Origin: Alphaproteobacteria bacterium
GTDB lineage: Bacteria > Pseudomonadota > Alphaproteobacteria > Bin95
DNA length: 64,000 bases
Assembly (NCBI GenBank): GCA_964291285.2
Contig: OZ219785.1
Coordinates: 384,001 to 448,000, forward strand
Direction of reading: 5' to 3'
Under the pieces are notes generated by a model. That model was not told the origin of the DNA. It was given only the letters and a program-made list of their open reading frames with translations, and searched no databases. The position numbers were made by a program, and so were the translations under genes. Positions 9,053 to 21,194 of the stretch are shown piece after piece (position 1 is the first letter of the stretch; every line of letters begins with the position of its first letter).

Positions 9053-11964
9053 CCGCAGAGCGCAGAGCCGGCGCCCGGATCGGTGATCCCCGGCTGGCGG
9101 CGCGGCTTCGCGCGGAGATCGAAGGCGAGGTGCTGTTCGATCCGTTCGAGCGCGGGCGCTATGCCACGGACGCCTCGATCTACCAGATAGAGCCTGTCGG
9201 GGTCGTGCGGCCGCGCTCGGCCGCCGATGTCGAGGCGGCCATGGCGATCGCGCGCGAGGAGGGCGTGCCGGTGCTGCCGCGCGGCGGCGGCACCTCGCAG
9301 GCGGGCCAGACCGTCGGCGAGGCGCTGGTGCTCGACTGTTCGGCGCATCTGGACCGCATCCTGGAGGTCGATGCCGGGAGCCGGCGGGCGCGGGTCGAGC
9401 CGGGCGTCGTGCTCGGCCGGCTGAATGCGCGGCTCCGCCGGGACGGCCTCATGTTCCCGATCGATATCTCCACCGCCAGCAGGGCCACACTCGGCGGCAT
9501 GGCGGCGAACAATTCCTGCGGTTCGCGCTCGATCCGCTACGGCAACATGGTCCACAACACCCACGCCGTCGAGGCGATCCTGGCGGACGGCAGCCGCCAC
9601 CGCTTCGCCAATGTACCGGGCAATCTCGGCTCCGGCGGCGGCACGCCCGGCTATATCGACCTCGTGCGCCGGGTGCGCGCCATCGCCGAGCGCGAGCGGG
9701 ACGCCATCGCGCGGGGCTTCCCGGACGTGCTGCGCAAGGTCGGCGGCTACAATCTCGAAAGCGTCGATGCCGCCGGACACAATATGGCCCACCTGCTGGT
9801 GGGCTCAGAGGGCACGCTCGGCTTCTTCACCGCCATAGAGGTCGATCTCCAGCCCGTGCCGCCGCACAGGGTGCTGGGCGTGTGCCACTTTCCGCGCTTC
9901 CGCGACGCCATGGACGCCGTGCCCCGGCTGGTGGCGCTCGGCCCCGATGCGGTCGAGCTGGTGGACCGCACCATCATCGAGCTCGGGCGCGGCATCCAGA
10001 TGTTCCGCGAGACCGTGCATGAGGTCGTGCAGGGACGGCCGGACGCGCTGCTGCTGGTCGAGTTCGCCGGCGAAGACAGTGCGGCGCTGCTCTCCCGGCT
10101 GGAGGCGCTCGACGACGCGATGAGCGACCTCGGCCACCCGGGCGCCGTGGTCCGGGCCGTCGATCCGGCGCTCCAGGCCCGCATCTGGGGCGTGCGCGAG
10201 GCGGGGCTCAACATCGTCATGTCGATGAAGACCGAGGGCAAGCCGGTCTCCTTCATCGAGGACTGCGCCGTGCCGCTGGAGGACCTGGGCGACTTCACCG
10301 ACCGGCTGACGCGCGTCTTCGAGAAACACGGCACGACCGGCACCTGGTACGCCCACGCCTCGGTCGGCCTGCTGCATGTGCGCCCGGTGCTGAACCTGAA
10401 GCAGCCGCAGGGGGCGGCGGCCATGCGCGCCATCGCGGAGGAAGCCTTCGCCATGGTGCGCGAATACAAGGGCAGCCATTCCGGCGAGCATGGCGACGGC
10501 ATCATCCGCTCGGAGTTCCACGAGCGCATGTTCGGGCCGGCACTGGTGCGCGCCTTCGAGGAGGTGAAGGACGCCTTCGACCCCGGAGGCCTCTTCAACC
10601 CCGGCAAGATCGTCCGCCCGCCCCGGATGGACGACCGCGCGCTCTTCCGCTTCAAGCCGGGCTATGCGGCCGCCCCGCTCGCGCCGGCGCTCGACTGGTC
10701 CGAGTGGCCGGGCGGCTTCCTCGGCGCAGCCGAGATGTGCAACAACAACGGCGCCTGCCGGAAGGCCGATCCCGGCGTGATGTGCCCCTCCTTCCGGGCG
10801 ACCGGGCGGGAGCGGGACCTGACGCGCGGGCGCGCCAACACGCTGCGCCTGGCGCTTTCCGGCCAGCTCGGCGCGGATGCGCTCGTCTCCGACGACATGG
10901 CGCGGACCATGGAGCTCTGCGTCGGCTGCAAGGGCTGCCGGCGCGAATGCCCGACCGGGGTGGACATGGCGCGGATGAAGGTCGAGTTCCTGCACCAGTA
11001 CAAGGCCCGGCGGGGCCTGACGCTGAGGGACCGGCTGGTGTCCTCCCTGCCCCATTACGCGCCGTGGCTGGCGCCGCTCGCCCCGCTGCTCAACGCCGCC
11101 GAGCGGGCCCTGCCGCTGCGCGCGCTGCGCGAACGCGCCACCGGCTTCTCCCGGCATCGCCGGCTGCCGGCCTGGCGGCGGGACCGCTTCGACCCGGTCG
11201 AGAGCGGGGAGCCGGCGAACGGGCAGCCGGAGGCCGTGCTGTTCGCCGATTGCTTCAACACCGCCTTCGAGCCGGAGAATGCGCGCGCGGCCGTGGCCGT
11301 GCTGGAGGCGGCAGGCTTCCGCGTGCGCCATCCGCGCGGGGCCGGCGGCGGCCGCCCTCCCTGTTGCGGGCGGAGCTGGCTCGCTGCGGGCCGGGTCGAC
11401 CGGGCGCGGGCCGAGATGCGCCGCTCCGTCGCCATGCTGCTGCCCCATGCCGAGGCCGGCACGCCCATCGTCGGGCTCGAACCGTCCTGCCTGTTCACCT
11501 TCCGCGACGAGCTCCAGGCCGTGCTGCCGGGGCCGGAGAGCGCCCGCGTCGGGGAAAGCGCCGTCATGCTGGAGAGCCTGGTTTCGGAAGGAGAGGCGGC
11601 GGACCGGCTGGCCTCCCGGCTCAAGGCCCTGCCGGAAGGCCGCGCGCTCGTCCATGCCCATTGCCACCGCAAGAGCTTCGACGGGCCGGATGCCGTGCTG
11701 GCCGCGCTCTCGCTGGTGCCGGGGCTGGAGCCGGAGCTGGTCGAGAACTCCTGCTGCGGCATGGCCGGCAGCTTCGGCTATGAGGCCGAGCATTACGAGG
11801 TTTCGATGAAGATGGCCGAGGCGGCGCTGCTGCCGGCCGTGCGGGCCGAGGGGCGGGACACGCTCATCGCCGCCGACGGCACAAGCTGCCGCCACCAGAT
11901 CGCCGACGGCGCCGGCAGGGCGGCCGAACATCCCGCACGCATTCTCGAAAGGGCGCTTGCATGA
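9037..11964 (+). CDS. FAD-binding, Fe-S-containing oxidoreductase (D-lactate/glycolate dehydrogenase GlcD-GlcF fusion type)
   Basis: PRGGGTSQAGQ, SGEHGDG, CNNNGAC, CVGCKGCRREC and CCGMAG motifs; GTG start at 9037 assumed. Confidence 0.9.
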   Translation: MADGIAAERRAGARIGDPRLAARLRAEIEGEVLFDPFERGRYATDASIYQIEPVGVVRPRSAADVEAAMAIAREEGVPVLPRGGGTSQAGQTVGEALVLDCSAHLDRILEVDAGSRRARVEPGVVLGRLNARLRRDGLMFPIDISTASRATLGGMAANNSCGSRSIRYGNMVHNTHAVEAILADGSRHRFANVPGNLGSGGGTPGYIDLVRRVRAIAERERDAIARGFPDVLRKVGGYNLESVDAAGHNMAHLLVGSEGTLGFFTAIEVDLQPVPPHRVLGVCHFPRFRDAMDAVPRLVALGPDAVELVDRTIIELGRGIQMFRETVHEVVQGRPDALLLVEFAGEDSAALLSRLEALDDAMSDLGHPGAVVRAVDPALQARIWGVREAGLNIVMSMKTEGKPVSFIEDCAVPLEDLGDFTDRLTRVFEKHGTTGTWYAHASVGLLHVRPVLNLKQPQGAAAMRAIAEEAFAMVREYKGSHSGEHGDGIIRSEFHERMFGPALVRAFEEVKDAFDPGGLFNPGKIVRPPRMDDRALFRFKPGYAAAPLAPALDWSEWPGGFLGAAEMCNNNGACRKADPGVMCPSFRATGRERDLTRGRANTLRLALSGQLGADALVSDDMARTMELCVGCKGCRRECPTGVDMARMKVEFLHQYKARRGLTLRDRLVSSLPHYAPWLAPLAPLLNAAERALPLRALRERATGFSRHRRLPAWRRDRFDPVESGEPANGQPEAVLFADCFNTAFEPENARAAVAVLEAAGFRVRHPRGAGGGRPPCCGRSWLAAGRVDRARAEMRRSVAMLLPHAEAGTPIVGLEPSCLFTFRDELQAVLPGPESARVGESAVMLESLVSEGEAADRLASRLKALPEGRALVHAHCHRKSFDGPDAVLAALSLVPGLEPELVENSCCGMAGSFGYEAEHYEVSMKMAEAALLPAVRAEGRDTLIAADGTSCRHQIADGAGRAAEHPARILERALA

Positions 11965-12605
11965 CCGCAATCCATGTCTGGGGCATCGTCTCCACCCGCG
12001 CGCTCCGCGTCCACTGGACCCTGCAGGAACTCGGCCTGACATACGGGACGACGCCGATCCGCACCCGCACGCCGGAGCAGACGGCGCCCGCCTACCGCGC
12101 CGTCAATCTGCTGCACAAGATCCCGACAATGGAGATCGACGGCGTGCGCTACACCGAGTCCGGCGCCATCGCGCTGGAGCTTGCGGCGCGTTTCCGCGAC
12201 CGGGCGGACCTCTGGCCGGAAGCCGAGCGCGCCCGGGTGCTGGAATGGTGCTTCTACGTGGCGATGGAGCTGGACGCGACCTCGCTCTACGTCATCCGCC
12301 GCCACGGCGACCTTTCGGAAATCTACGGCGAGGCGCCGGTCGCGGTGTCGGGCGCGCGCGAATACTGGCTGAAGCAGGCGGCCAAGGCCGAAGCGGCGCT
12401 CGCCGACGGCCGGCCGTGGCTGCTGGGCGAGGCCTTCTCGGTCGCCGACATCATGCTGGGGTCCTGCCTCGGCTGGGCCGGCCGCCGCGACGTCGCCGTG
12501 CCGCAAGCCCTCCGGGACTACGACGCCCGCCTCCACGCCCGCCCCGGCCGCCAGCGCGCCGAGGAAGCAAACGAAGGCCGGATGGATACGACGGCGGGCG
12601 GGTAG
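11961..12605 (+). CDS. Glutathione S-transferase family protein
   Basis: KIPTM, TESGAI and FSVADI motifs; ATGA coupling to the upstream gene. Confidence 0.85.
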   Translation: MTAIHVWGIVSTRALRVHWTLQELGLTYGTTPIRTRTPEQTAPAYRAVNLLHKIPTMEIDGVRYTESGAIALELAARFRDRADLWPEAERARVLEWCFYVAMELDATSLYVIRRHGDLSEIYGEAPVAVSGAREYWLKQAAKAEAALADGRPWLLGEAFSVADIMLGSCLGWAGRRDVAVPQALRDYDARLHARPGRQRAEEANEGRMDTTAGG

Positions 12606-12645
12606 CGCGCGACAACGGCAACCGGGCTCGCACCGCCCTGCCGCC

Positions 12646-13785
12646 TCACTCCGTCAGGTCGTCCCAGAGTTCGCGGACGCGGGAGAAGAAGCCTTCGGTC
12701 TCGGGGGTCCGGTTCTGGCCGCCGCCTTCCTTCTCGAATTCGCGCAGCAGCTCGGCCTGGCGGCGCGTGAGGTTGACCGGCGTCTCGACCCGGACCGTCA
12801 CCAGCATGTCGCCGCGCTGGCGGGTGTTCAGCACGGTCATGCCCTTGCCGCGCAGCCGGAAGCGGTTGCCGGACTGGGTGCCCGGCGGCAGGTCGATGCG
12901 CGCGCGCCGGCCTTCCACGGTCGGCACTTCGGCCATCCCGCCGAGCGCCGCCGCCGTCATCGATACCGGGACCTCGCAATGGATATGCGGTCCCTCCCGG
13001 TCGAACACCGGATGGTCCTCGACATCGAGGAAGATATAGAGGTCGCCGGGCGGGCCGCCACGCTCGCCGGCTTCACCCTCGCCGGCAAGGCGGATGCGGT
13101 TGCCGGCCTCGACGCCGGCGGGGATGGTGACCGTCAGCGTGCGCGTCCGATGCACCCAGCCCCGGCCCGAGCAGGTCCGGCAAGGGTCGCGCACCGTCTC
13201 TCCCGTGCCCTGGCAGGCCGGGCAGGTGCGCTCCACGGTGAAGAAGCCCTGGCTCGCCCTGATCCGGCCGGTGCCGTTGCAGGTCGAACAGGTGATAGGC
13301 GGCGCACCGCCGGCGGAACCGGTGCCGAAACAGGCCTCGCAGGACACCGTGCCCGGCACCTCGATGGTCGCCTGCTTGCCCTGGAAGGCTTCCTCTAGGG
13401 TGATGCGCATGTTGTAGCGCATGTCTGCGCCCTGGCGCCGCCCGCCGCGTCCCCGCCGCCTTCCGGCGAGGTCGCCGAACATCTCGTCGAAAATGTCGCC
13501 GAAACTGGAGCCGAAGCCGAAATCGAACCCGGGACTGGCGCCGCCGCCCTGCGCACGCTGCGTGAAGGCCTCATGGCCCAGCCGGTCATAGACCTGGCGC
13601 TGCTCCGGGTCCTTCAGGACATCGTAGGCTTCGTTGATCTCCTTGAAGCGCGCCTCGGCGGCACTGTCGTCCGGGTTCCGGTCCGGGTGGTATTCCTTCG
13701 CCAGCCTGCGATAGGCGCGTTTCAGGTCGTCCGCGCTCGCCGTCGGGGACGCGCCCAGGACTTCGTAGAAGTCTCGCCCGGCCAT
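12646..13785 (-). CDS. dnaJ: Chaperone DnaJ
   Basis: J-domain HPD, G/F region, four CxxCxGxG repeats. Confidence 0.98.
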   Translation of the reverse strand: MAGRDFYEVLGASPTASADDLKRAYRRLAKEYHPDRNPDDSAAEARFKEINEAYDVLKDPEQRQVYDRLGHEAFTQRAQGGGASPGFDFGFGSSFGDIFDEMFGDLAGRRRGRGGRRQGADMRYNMRITLEEAFQGKQATIEVPGTVSCEACFGTGSAGGAPPITCSTCNGTGRIRASQGFFTVERTCPACQGTGETVRDPCRTCSGRGWVHRTRTLTVTIPAGVEAGNRIRLAGEGEAGERGGPPGDLYIFLDVEDHPVFDREGPHIHCEVPVSMTAAALGGMAEVPTVEGRRARIDLPPGTQSGNRFRLRGKGMTVLNTRQRGDMLVTVRVETPVNLTRRQAELLREFEKEGGGQNRTPETEGFFSRVRELWDDLTE

Positions 13786-13806
13786 CGGAGCCGCCGCCCG
13801 GCCGGG

Positions 13807-15735
13807 TCAGGCGGAGCGTTTCTGGGCGTCGTCGGTGTCGTCCACTTCCTCGAAATCGGCATCGACCACGCCGTCGTCGCCGCCGCCCGCGCCGGCGTCC
13901 GGGCCGTCCGGCCCGCCGCCCGCCTCTTCCTGCTGCGCGGCATACATGGCCTCGCCGAGCTTCATGGCGGCTGCGGCAAGCGCGGCGGTCTTCTCCTGGA
14001 TCCCGGCGGCGTCCTCGCCGTCCTTGACATCCTTCACCGCCTGGAGCGCCTCCTCGATCGCCGCCTTGTCGTCGGCGCCGATCTTGTCGCCATGCTCCTC
14101 GAGCTGCCGCTCGGTGGTGTGGATCAGGCCCTCGGCCTGGTTGCGCGCCTCGGCGAGCTCGCGGCGGTTGCGGTCCTCTTCCGCATTGGCCTCGGCCTCC
14201 TGCACCATCCGGTCGATCTCGGCATCGGAAAGCCCGCCGGACGCCTCGATGCGGATCGCCTGCTCCTTGCCGGTCGCCTTGTCCTTGGCGGACACATTGA
14301 CGATGCCGTTGGCGTCGATGTCGAACGTCACCTCGACCTGCGGCACGCCGCGCGGCGCGGGCGGGATGCCCACGAGGTCGAACTGGCCGAGCAGCTTGTT
14401 GTCGGCCGCCATTTCGCGTTCGCCCTGCGAGACGCGGATCGTCACCGCATTCTGGTTGTCCTCGGCCGTCGAGAAGGTCTGGCTCTTCTTGGTCGGGATC
14501 GTGGTGTTGCGGTCGATCAGCCGGGTGAACACGCCGCCCAGCGTCTCGATGCCGAGCGACAGCGGCGTCACGTCGAGCAGCAGCACGTCCTTTACGTCGC
14601 CCCTCAGCACACCGGCCTGGATCGCGGCGCCCAGCGCCACCACCTCGTCCGGATTGACGCCGCGATGCGGCTCCCGGCCGAAGAAGGTCTTCACCGTCTC
14701 GATCACCTTGGGCATCCGCGTCATGCCGCCCACCAGCACGACCTCGGAAATGTCGGCGGCGCGCAGGCCCGCATCCTCCAGCGCCTTCCGGCAGGGCCCG
14801 ACGGTGCGCTGGACCAGGTCCTCCACCAACGCCTCCAGCTTGGCGCGCGAAAGCTTGATGTTGAGGTGCTTCGGCCCGGACTGGTCAGCCGTGATGAAGG
14901 GCAGGTTGATCTCGGTCTGCGTGGTGGAACTCAGCTCGATCTTGGCCTTCTCCGCCGCCTCCTTGAGGCGCTGCAGGGCGAGCTTGTCGCCGCGCAGATC
15001 GATTCCCTGTTCCTTGCGGAACTCTTCGGCCAGATATTCGATGATGCGGTTGTCGAAGTCCTCGCCGCCGAGATGGGTGTCGCCATTGGTGGACTTGACC
15101 TCGAAAACGCCGTCGCCGATCTCCAGCACGGAAACGTCGAAGGTGCCGCCGCCGAGGTCATAGACGGCGATGACGCCGCCTTCCTTCTTGTCGAGGCCGT
15201 AGGCGAGCGCGGCCGCGGTCGGCTCGTTGACGATGCGCAGCACCTCCAGGCCGGCGATACGGCCGGCGTCCTTGGTCGCCTGGCGCTGGGAATCGTTGAA
15301 ATAGGCCGGCACGGTAATGACCGCGTCGGTCACCGTCTCGCCGAGAAACGCCTCCGCCGTTTCCTTCATCTTCTGGAGGATGAAGGCGCTGATCTGGCTG
15401 GGCGCGAAGTTCTCCTCGCCGGCCTTCACCCAGGCGTCGCCATTGTCCGCCCTGACCAGCGCGAAGGGCAGGACGCCCTTTTCCTCCTGGATCACCGGGT
15501 CCTGGTAGGTGCGGCCGATCAGGCGCTTGATGCCGAACAGGGTGTTGGCCGGGTTGGTCACCGCCTGGCGCTTGGCGGGCTGGCCGACAAGGCGTTCGCC
15601 GTCCCCGGTCACGGCCACCATGGAAGGCGTGGTCCTCGCGCCCTCGGTGTTCTCGATGACCCTGGGTTCGCTGCCGTCCATCACGGCGACGCAGGAATTG
15701 GTCGTGCCGAGATCGATTCCGATAACCTTGCTCAT
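13807..15735 (-). CDS. dnaK: Chaperone DnaK (Hsp70)
   Basis: [17 protein letters not shown] and DLGGGTFD signatures. Confidence 0.99.
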   Translation of the reverse strand: MSKVIGIDLGTTNSCVAVMDGSEPRVIENTEGARTTPSMVAVTGDGERLVGQPAKRQAVTNPANTLFGIKRLIGRTYQDPVIQEEKGVLPFALVRADNGDAWVKAGEENFAPSQISAFILQKMKETAEAFLGETVTDAVITVPAYFNDSQRQATKDAGRIAGLEVLRIVNEPTAAALAYGLDKKEGGVIAVYDLGGGTFDVSVLEIGDGVFEVKSTNGDTHLGGEDFDNRIIEYLAEEFRKEQGIDLRGDKLALQRLKEAAEKAKIELSSTTQTEINLPFITADQSGPKHLNIKLSRAKLEALVEDLVQRTVGPCRKALEDAGLRAADISEVVLVGGMTRMPKVIETVKTFFGREPHRGVNPDEVVALGAAIQAGVLRGDVKDVLLLDVTPLSLGIETLGGVFTRLIDRNTTIPTKKSQTFSTAEDNQNAVTIRVSQGEREMAADNKLLGQFDLVGIPPAPRGVPQVEVTFDIDANGIVNVSAKDKATGKEQAIRIEASGGLSDAEIDRMVQEAEANAEEDRNRRELAEARNQAEGLIHTTERQLEEHGDKIGADDKAAIEEALQAVKDVKDGEDAAGIQEKTAALAAAAMKLGEAMYAAQQEEAGGGPDGPDAGAGGGDDGVVDADFEEVDDTDDAQKRSA

Positions 15736-15851
15736 GAAGCCCGTCCCTACCCGTGAGGCGAACCCGGACCGCCTGGCGGTGCAGCGCCTGTCCCGGCTCC
15801 CTTCGATGACACTGAAAAATCGGGCCCGCGCCCGACCTCCCGTTGCGCGGG

Positions 15852-15881
15852 TATATATGGACGCCCCTTTTGCCCTACAAG
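15852..15881 (-). promoter_or_regulatory. RpoH (sigma32) promoter of dnaK
   Basis: Minus strand CTTG-N17-CCATATATA, matching the alphaproteobacterial heat-shock consensus, about 120 bp upstream of dnaK. Confidence 0.8.
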
Positions 15882-15933
15882 ACCCGGGCGCCTCGCTCGA
15901 GGTGCGGCAAAAAATGCCAATTCAGGCGAAAAA

Positions 15934-16758
15934 ATGACAAAGACCGTCATTTCCGCAAGCTATCGCACGGACATTCCGGCCTTTTACGGCGAATGGTTCG
16001 CCCGCCGCCGCGCCGCCGGTCATGCGCTGGTCCGGAACCCGTGGTCCGGCAGTGTCTACCGGGTGGACCTCCGGCCCGAAGCCGTCGCCGGCTATGTCTT
16101 CTGGACCCGCAATCCCGCCCCCTTCATGCCCGTGCTGGCGGGGCTGGAGCGGCCCTTCGCCGTCCAGTTCACGATCACCGGCTACGGACGCCGGCTCGAG
16201 CCCTCGGTGCCCCGGCCCGAACACGCCGTCGAGGCCGCCCATGCGCTCGCCGCGCTTTACGGCCCCCGATGCGTCGTCTGGCGCTACGACCCGATCCTGT
16301 CGCCCACCCAGGACCATGTCGAGGCCGCCGGACGGCTGGCCGAATCGCTGCGGGGCGCGACCGACGAATGCGTGGTCTCCTTCGCATCCTTCTACCGCAA
16401 GACAACCCGCAACCTGGCGGCGGCCGGCTTCGCCTGGGAGGAACCGGCGCCCGACCGCCGCCTTCCGTTGATCGAAGCGCTGGCGGACGCGGTTTCGCCG
16501 CTCCGCCTCACCGTCTGCGCACAGCCGGAGCTGACCGTAGGCGCGGCCGAGCCGGCGCGCTGCATCGATCCGGCCCGGCTCGGCCTCGGCCCGCTTCCGG
16601 AAAAGGGCAACCGGCCCGGCTGCGCCTGCGCCGCCAGCCGGGACATCGGCGCCTACGACACCTGCCCGCACGGCTGCCTTTACTGCTACGCCAATGCCTC
16701 GCCCCGCGCCGCCCGGCGCCGCTTCAGGGCGCACGACCCCGAAGCGGAGATGCTCTGA
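15934..16758 (+). CDS. DUF1848 domain protein
   Basis: ISASYRTDIPAFY, FWTRNP, WRYDPI and DIGAYDTCPHGCLYCYAN motifs. Confidence 0.9.
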   Translation: MTKTVISASYRTDIPAFYGEWFARRRAAGHALVRNPWSGSVYRVDLRPEAVAGYVFWTRNPAPFMPVLAGLERPFAVQFTITGYGRRLEPSVPRPEHAVEAAHALAALYGPRCVVWRYDPILSPTQDHVEAAGRLAESLRGATDECVVSFASFYRKTTRNLAAAGFAWEEPAPDRRLPLIEALADAVSPLRLTVCAQPELTVGAAEPARCIDPARLGLGPLPEKGNRPGCACAASRDIGAYDTCPHGCLYCYANASPRAARRRFRAHDPEAEML

Positions 16759-16768
16759 ACGGCCGTCT

Positions 16769-17401
16769 TCACCCCTTCGCGACGGCTTCCAGCATGCCCC
16801 CGACGGCCGTTTCGAACATGGCCGCGGTCAGCCGTCCGGTATTGGTGTTGTAGCGCGAGCAATGGTAGCTGTCGGCGAGCAGCCGGCCGCAGCCGAGCCG
16901 GTGCAGCGCCCCGTGGGCGAACGGCCGGGCGGCGCGCCGCTCGCCGAGCGCGGCAAGCACCGCGTCATGGGCGACGCGCCCGAGCGCCAGCACCGCGCCC
17001 CCGCCGGGCAGAGCTTCGAGTTCGCCCGCAAGGAAGGGACGGCAAGCGGCCACCTCCGCGCCGACGGGCCTGTTCTGCGGCGGGACGCAGCGCACCGCAT
17101 TGACGATGCGGCAGCCGGTGAGCGTGAAGCCGTCTTCGGCATGGCCGCCATAGTTTCCCCGCGCCAGGCCGAACTTCAGCAGCGTCGCGAACAGCAGGTC
17201 GCCGGCATAGTCGCCGGTGAAGGGCCTGCCGGTCCGGTTCGCGCCGCGCAGGCCGGGCGCAAGGCCGACGATCAGCACCTTCACCCCGCGCGGCCCGAAG
17301 CCCGGCACGGGAGCATTGAACCAGCCGGGCTCCGCTTGCCGCCAGTGATGGCGGAACGCCCGGAGGCGTGGACAGAAGGGACAGTCCGGATCAGGCTCCA
17401 T
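16769..17401 (-). CDS. Uracil-DNA glycosylase (family 5, UdgB-like)
   Basis: CPFCPRL, GLAPGLRGANRTGRPFTGD and SYHCSRYNTNT motifs. Confidence 0.92.
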   Translation of the reverse strand: MEPDPDCPFCPRLRAFRHHWRQAEPGWFNAPVPGFGPRGVKVLIVGLAPGLRGANRTGRPFTGDYAGDLLFATLLKFGLARGNYGGHAEDGFTLTGCRIVNAVRCVPPQNRPVGAEVAACRPFLAGELEALPGGGAVLALGRVAHDAVLAALGERRAARPFAHGALHRLGCGRLLADSYHCSRYNTNTGRLTAAMFETAVGGMLEAVAKG

Positions 17402-18014
17402 ACTGTTCTTCGACGTCGTCCTGAGCCCCCTCGAAACGCAGGCTCTCCCGCTGGGCGCGGCGCATCTGGGCTGCTTCCCGTTCGTCCTCGTCGCGCATGA
17501 TCGACGGCGCCAGATCGAGCAGATCCATGAAGAAATCGGCCTGCCGGCGCAGGTCGTCGGAGACCATGGGCGGCTGGCTCTTCATCGTGCTGACCACGGT
17601 CACGCGCACGCCGCGCCGCTGCAGCGCCTCCACGAGGCGGCGGAAATCGCCGTCGCCGGAGAACAGCACGATATGCTCCAGATGGTCGGCCATCTCCATG
17701 GCATCGACGGCGAGCTCTATATCCATGTTTCCCTTGATTTTCCGGCGGCCCATGGCGTCGGTGAACTCGCGCGCCGGCTTGGTGACCATGGTGAAGCCGT
17801 TATAATCGAGCCAGTCCACCAGCGGGCGGATCGGCGAATAGTCCTGGTCCTCGATCAGCGCGGTGTAATAGAAGGCGCGGATGAGCCGCCCGCGCTTCGA
17901 GAAGTAGTCGAGCATCCGCTTGTAATCGATATTGATGTTCAGGCCGCGCGCGGCCGCGTAAAGATTCGCGCCGTCGATGAACAGCGCGGTGCGTTCTTCC
18001 ATATAGGTCCGCAT
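17391..18014 (-). CDS. NYN/LabA domain protein
   Basis: FIDGANL, KGNMDIELAVD and FSGDGDF motifs. Confidence 0.92.
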   Translation of the reverse strand: MRTYMEERTALFIDGANLYAAARGLNINIDYKRMLDYFSKRGRLIRAFYYTALIEDQDYSPIRPLVDWLDYNGFTMVTKPAREFTDAMGRRKIKGNMDIELAVDAMEMADHLEHIVLFSGDGDFRRLVEALQRRGVRVTVVSTMKSQPPMVSDDLRRQADFFMDLLDLAPSIMRDEDEREAAQMRRAQRESLRFEGAQDDVEEQYGA

Positions 18015-18119
18015 GGAAAGGCTCCGAAAAAGAGGCGGCCGCCCGAACAGTCGGCGGCCCGACGACATGGTAGGTTCAGCCTAGGGGAGACGCAGCCGCG
18101 CGACAAGGGGCCGCCGGGC

Positions 18120-18614
18120 ATGATTCTCATCGGATTGGGGGCAAACCTGCCGTCGCGGGAGCATGGGCCGCCGCAGGCGACGCTCGCCGCGGCGCTGGAC
18201 GCGCTCGCGGCGCGGGGCGCCAGGACCCTGCGCCGTTCGCCCTGGTACGAGAGCGCGCCCGTGCCGCCGAGCGGCCAGCCCTGGTATGTCAATGCCGTGG
18301 CGGAGGTGGAGAGCCGGCTCTCGCCGGAGGCGCTGCTGGCGGCGCTGCTCGATGTCGAGGCGGGTTTCGGCAGGACCCGGGGCGCCCGCAACGCGCCGCG
18401 CACGGTCGATCTCGACCTCCTGGATCATGGCGGCCTGGTGACGGGGCCGGACGAGAAGCCCGAGCTGCCCCATCCCCGCCTGCACGAGCGCGCCTTCGTG
18501 CTGCTGCCACTGCGCGACATCGCGCCCGGCTGGCGCCATCCGGCCTCGGGCCGGACGGTGGAGGCGCTGATCGGGGCCCTCGGTCCGCCCGGTCCGGTCC
18601 GGCGGCTGCCATGA
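18120..18614 (+). CDS. folK: 2-amino-4-hydroxy-6-hydroxymethyldihydropteridine diphosphokinase
   Basis: IGLGANL, PRTVDLDLL and PHPRLHERAFVLLPL motifs. Confidence 0.95.
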   Translation: MILIGLGANLPSREHGPPQATLAAALDALAARGARTLRRSPWYESAPVPPSGQPWYVNAVAEVESRLSPEALLAALLDVEAGFGRTRGARNAPRTVDLDLLDHGGLVTGPDEKPELPHPRLHERAFVLLPLRDIAPGWRHPASGRTVEALIGALGPPGPVRRLP

Positions 18615-18653
18615 CGACCGGCCGCGACCCGGCGGCGCGGCCGACGAAAGGCG

Positions 18654-18682
18654 TTGCCGCGCCTCCGGCATTGGGTTAGAAT
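18654..18682 (+). promoter_or_regulatory. Sigma70-like promoter upstream of rho
   Basis: TTGCCG-N17-TAGAAT, followed by a C-rich leader. Confidence 0.55.
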
Positions 18683-18805
18683 CGCAGCCTCTTCAGCCCT
18701 CGCCCGCCGCCCGGCGGGAGTTTCGGCCCCTTCCCCTCGCGTTCGAATCTTCCGCCTTTGCGGGCGAGCCGGCTTTCAACATCAACGGATGGACGGTCCG
18801 AGGTC

Positions 18806-20107
<1,302 letters not shown>

Positions 20108-20123
20108 GCGCCGGGAGGCCGCG

Positions 20124-20468
20124 ATGGAGCCCGGACCGGCCGCAATCCGGGGAGAAGACGAACGCCGGGCGGAGCGCGCCCTGCTCCGTCTCGCCGGCCG
20201 CTATATCTGGTGGAAGACGCCGGAAGACGCGGCCCGCTACCCCGACCGCGTGCTGGCCCAGGTGATGGACATCGGCACCTTCGAGGACTGCCGCGCCATG
20301 AGGGCGGCCTTCGGCGACGAGCGGCTCCGCAGCGTCATGCGGTGCGCCGAGCCCGGCTGGTTCCGCGCCCGGAGCTGGGCCTTCTGGCAGGCGGCGCTCG
20401 GCATCGACGCCGGCCCCCGCCCCGTCCGCCGCAAACTCCCGCCCGCCCCCTGGGAACGCAGGGCATGA
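20124..20468 (+). CDS. Small protein of the YIWW...QVM.IGT type, putative type IV TA antitoxin partner
   Basis: YIWWKTPEDA...VLAQVMDIGTFED...RSWAFW; ATGA-coupled to an AbiEii-like start. Confidence 0.6.
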   Translation: MEPGPAAIRGEDERRAERALLRLAGRYIWWKTPEDAARYPDRVLAQVMDIGTFEDCRAMRAAFGDERLRSVMRCAEPGWFRARSWAFWQAALGIDAGPRPVRRKLPPAPWERRA

Positions 20469-20512
20469 CCGCCTTCGCGCCGCGCACGGATATCCTGCCC
20501 CCGGCGCATCGG
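20465..20512 (+). pseudogene. 5' stub of an AbiEii/AbiGii-like nucleotidyltransferase toxin
   Basis: MTAFAPRTDILPPAHR resembles the F.PRLDILP.AQ N-terminus of this family, then switches abruptly to AT-rich non-coding sequence. Confidence 0.55.
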
Positions 20513-20545
20513 TTCTCATTTTCAGGATTTATTTCCATAAAAAGC

Positions 20546-20574
20546 TTGCAAACGGCCCGAAGCCGCCCTATATT
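20546..20574 (+). promoter_or_regulatory. Orphan sigma70-like promoter at the island left edge
   Basis: TTGCAA-N17-TATATT with an AT-rich UP-like tract upstream. Confidence 0.5.
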
Positions 20575-20774
20575 CGGCAGCGTGGCAGGAGCCGAACGCG
20601 AGAGCATGACCTGGACCTGAGACCGGCGGCGGACCGTCCGCCCCGCGCGATGATCGGAACCCGCAAGGGAGACAACCGCACCCGGGGAGTGGACGGGACG
20701 GGTGCGCCCGTCCGCACGAGTCCGGCAAAAAATATCGGGCAGATTGGATACGCCGGCGCGGCAGGCAGCAGGTA

Positions 20775-21194
20775 TCAGCCGCCCTGCGCGCCGGATTTGC
20801 AGTAGCCGCGCCCATCCGGCGGCTGGGGCGCCGTCCGGGGGCGGCGGCCCCGTTTCCGTCTGAAGCCGTGGCGCTTGAGGAAACTCTGCACCGTGCCGTA
20901 GCTGAAGACCAGCCCCCGCTCGCCGAGAGCCGCCCGCAGCGCCTCGATGGGAATGTCCGGGTTCTCCTCCAGCAGGCCGAGGACGGTGTCGCGCTCCTCT
21001 TCTATATACACGGGGCGGCGGTTTCCGCCCGGCCTTTTCGGCCGCGGATGGCCCTGCTCGCGTTCCAGGCGGCGCCAGCGCACGATGCTGGCCAGGCCGA
21101 CATCGAATGTCTCCGCCGCCGCCCTGTAGGTCATGCCTCCCGCCAGGGCTGCAAGCACGCGGGTCCGCAGTTCGACGGGAAGCGCTCTCGCCAT
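20775..21194 (-). pseudogene. IS630-family transposase N-terminal HTH part only
   Basis: MARALPVELRTRVLAA...AAETFDVGLASIVRW...FLKRHGFRRKR; no DDE domain follows. Confidence 0.75.

Noticed and set aside
13573-15756. 727-aa ORF antisense to dnaK
   Set aside because: Well-known antisense open frame of hsp70 genes caused by codon bias.
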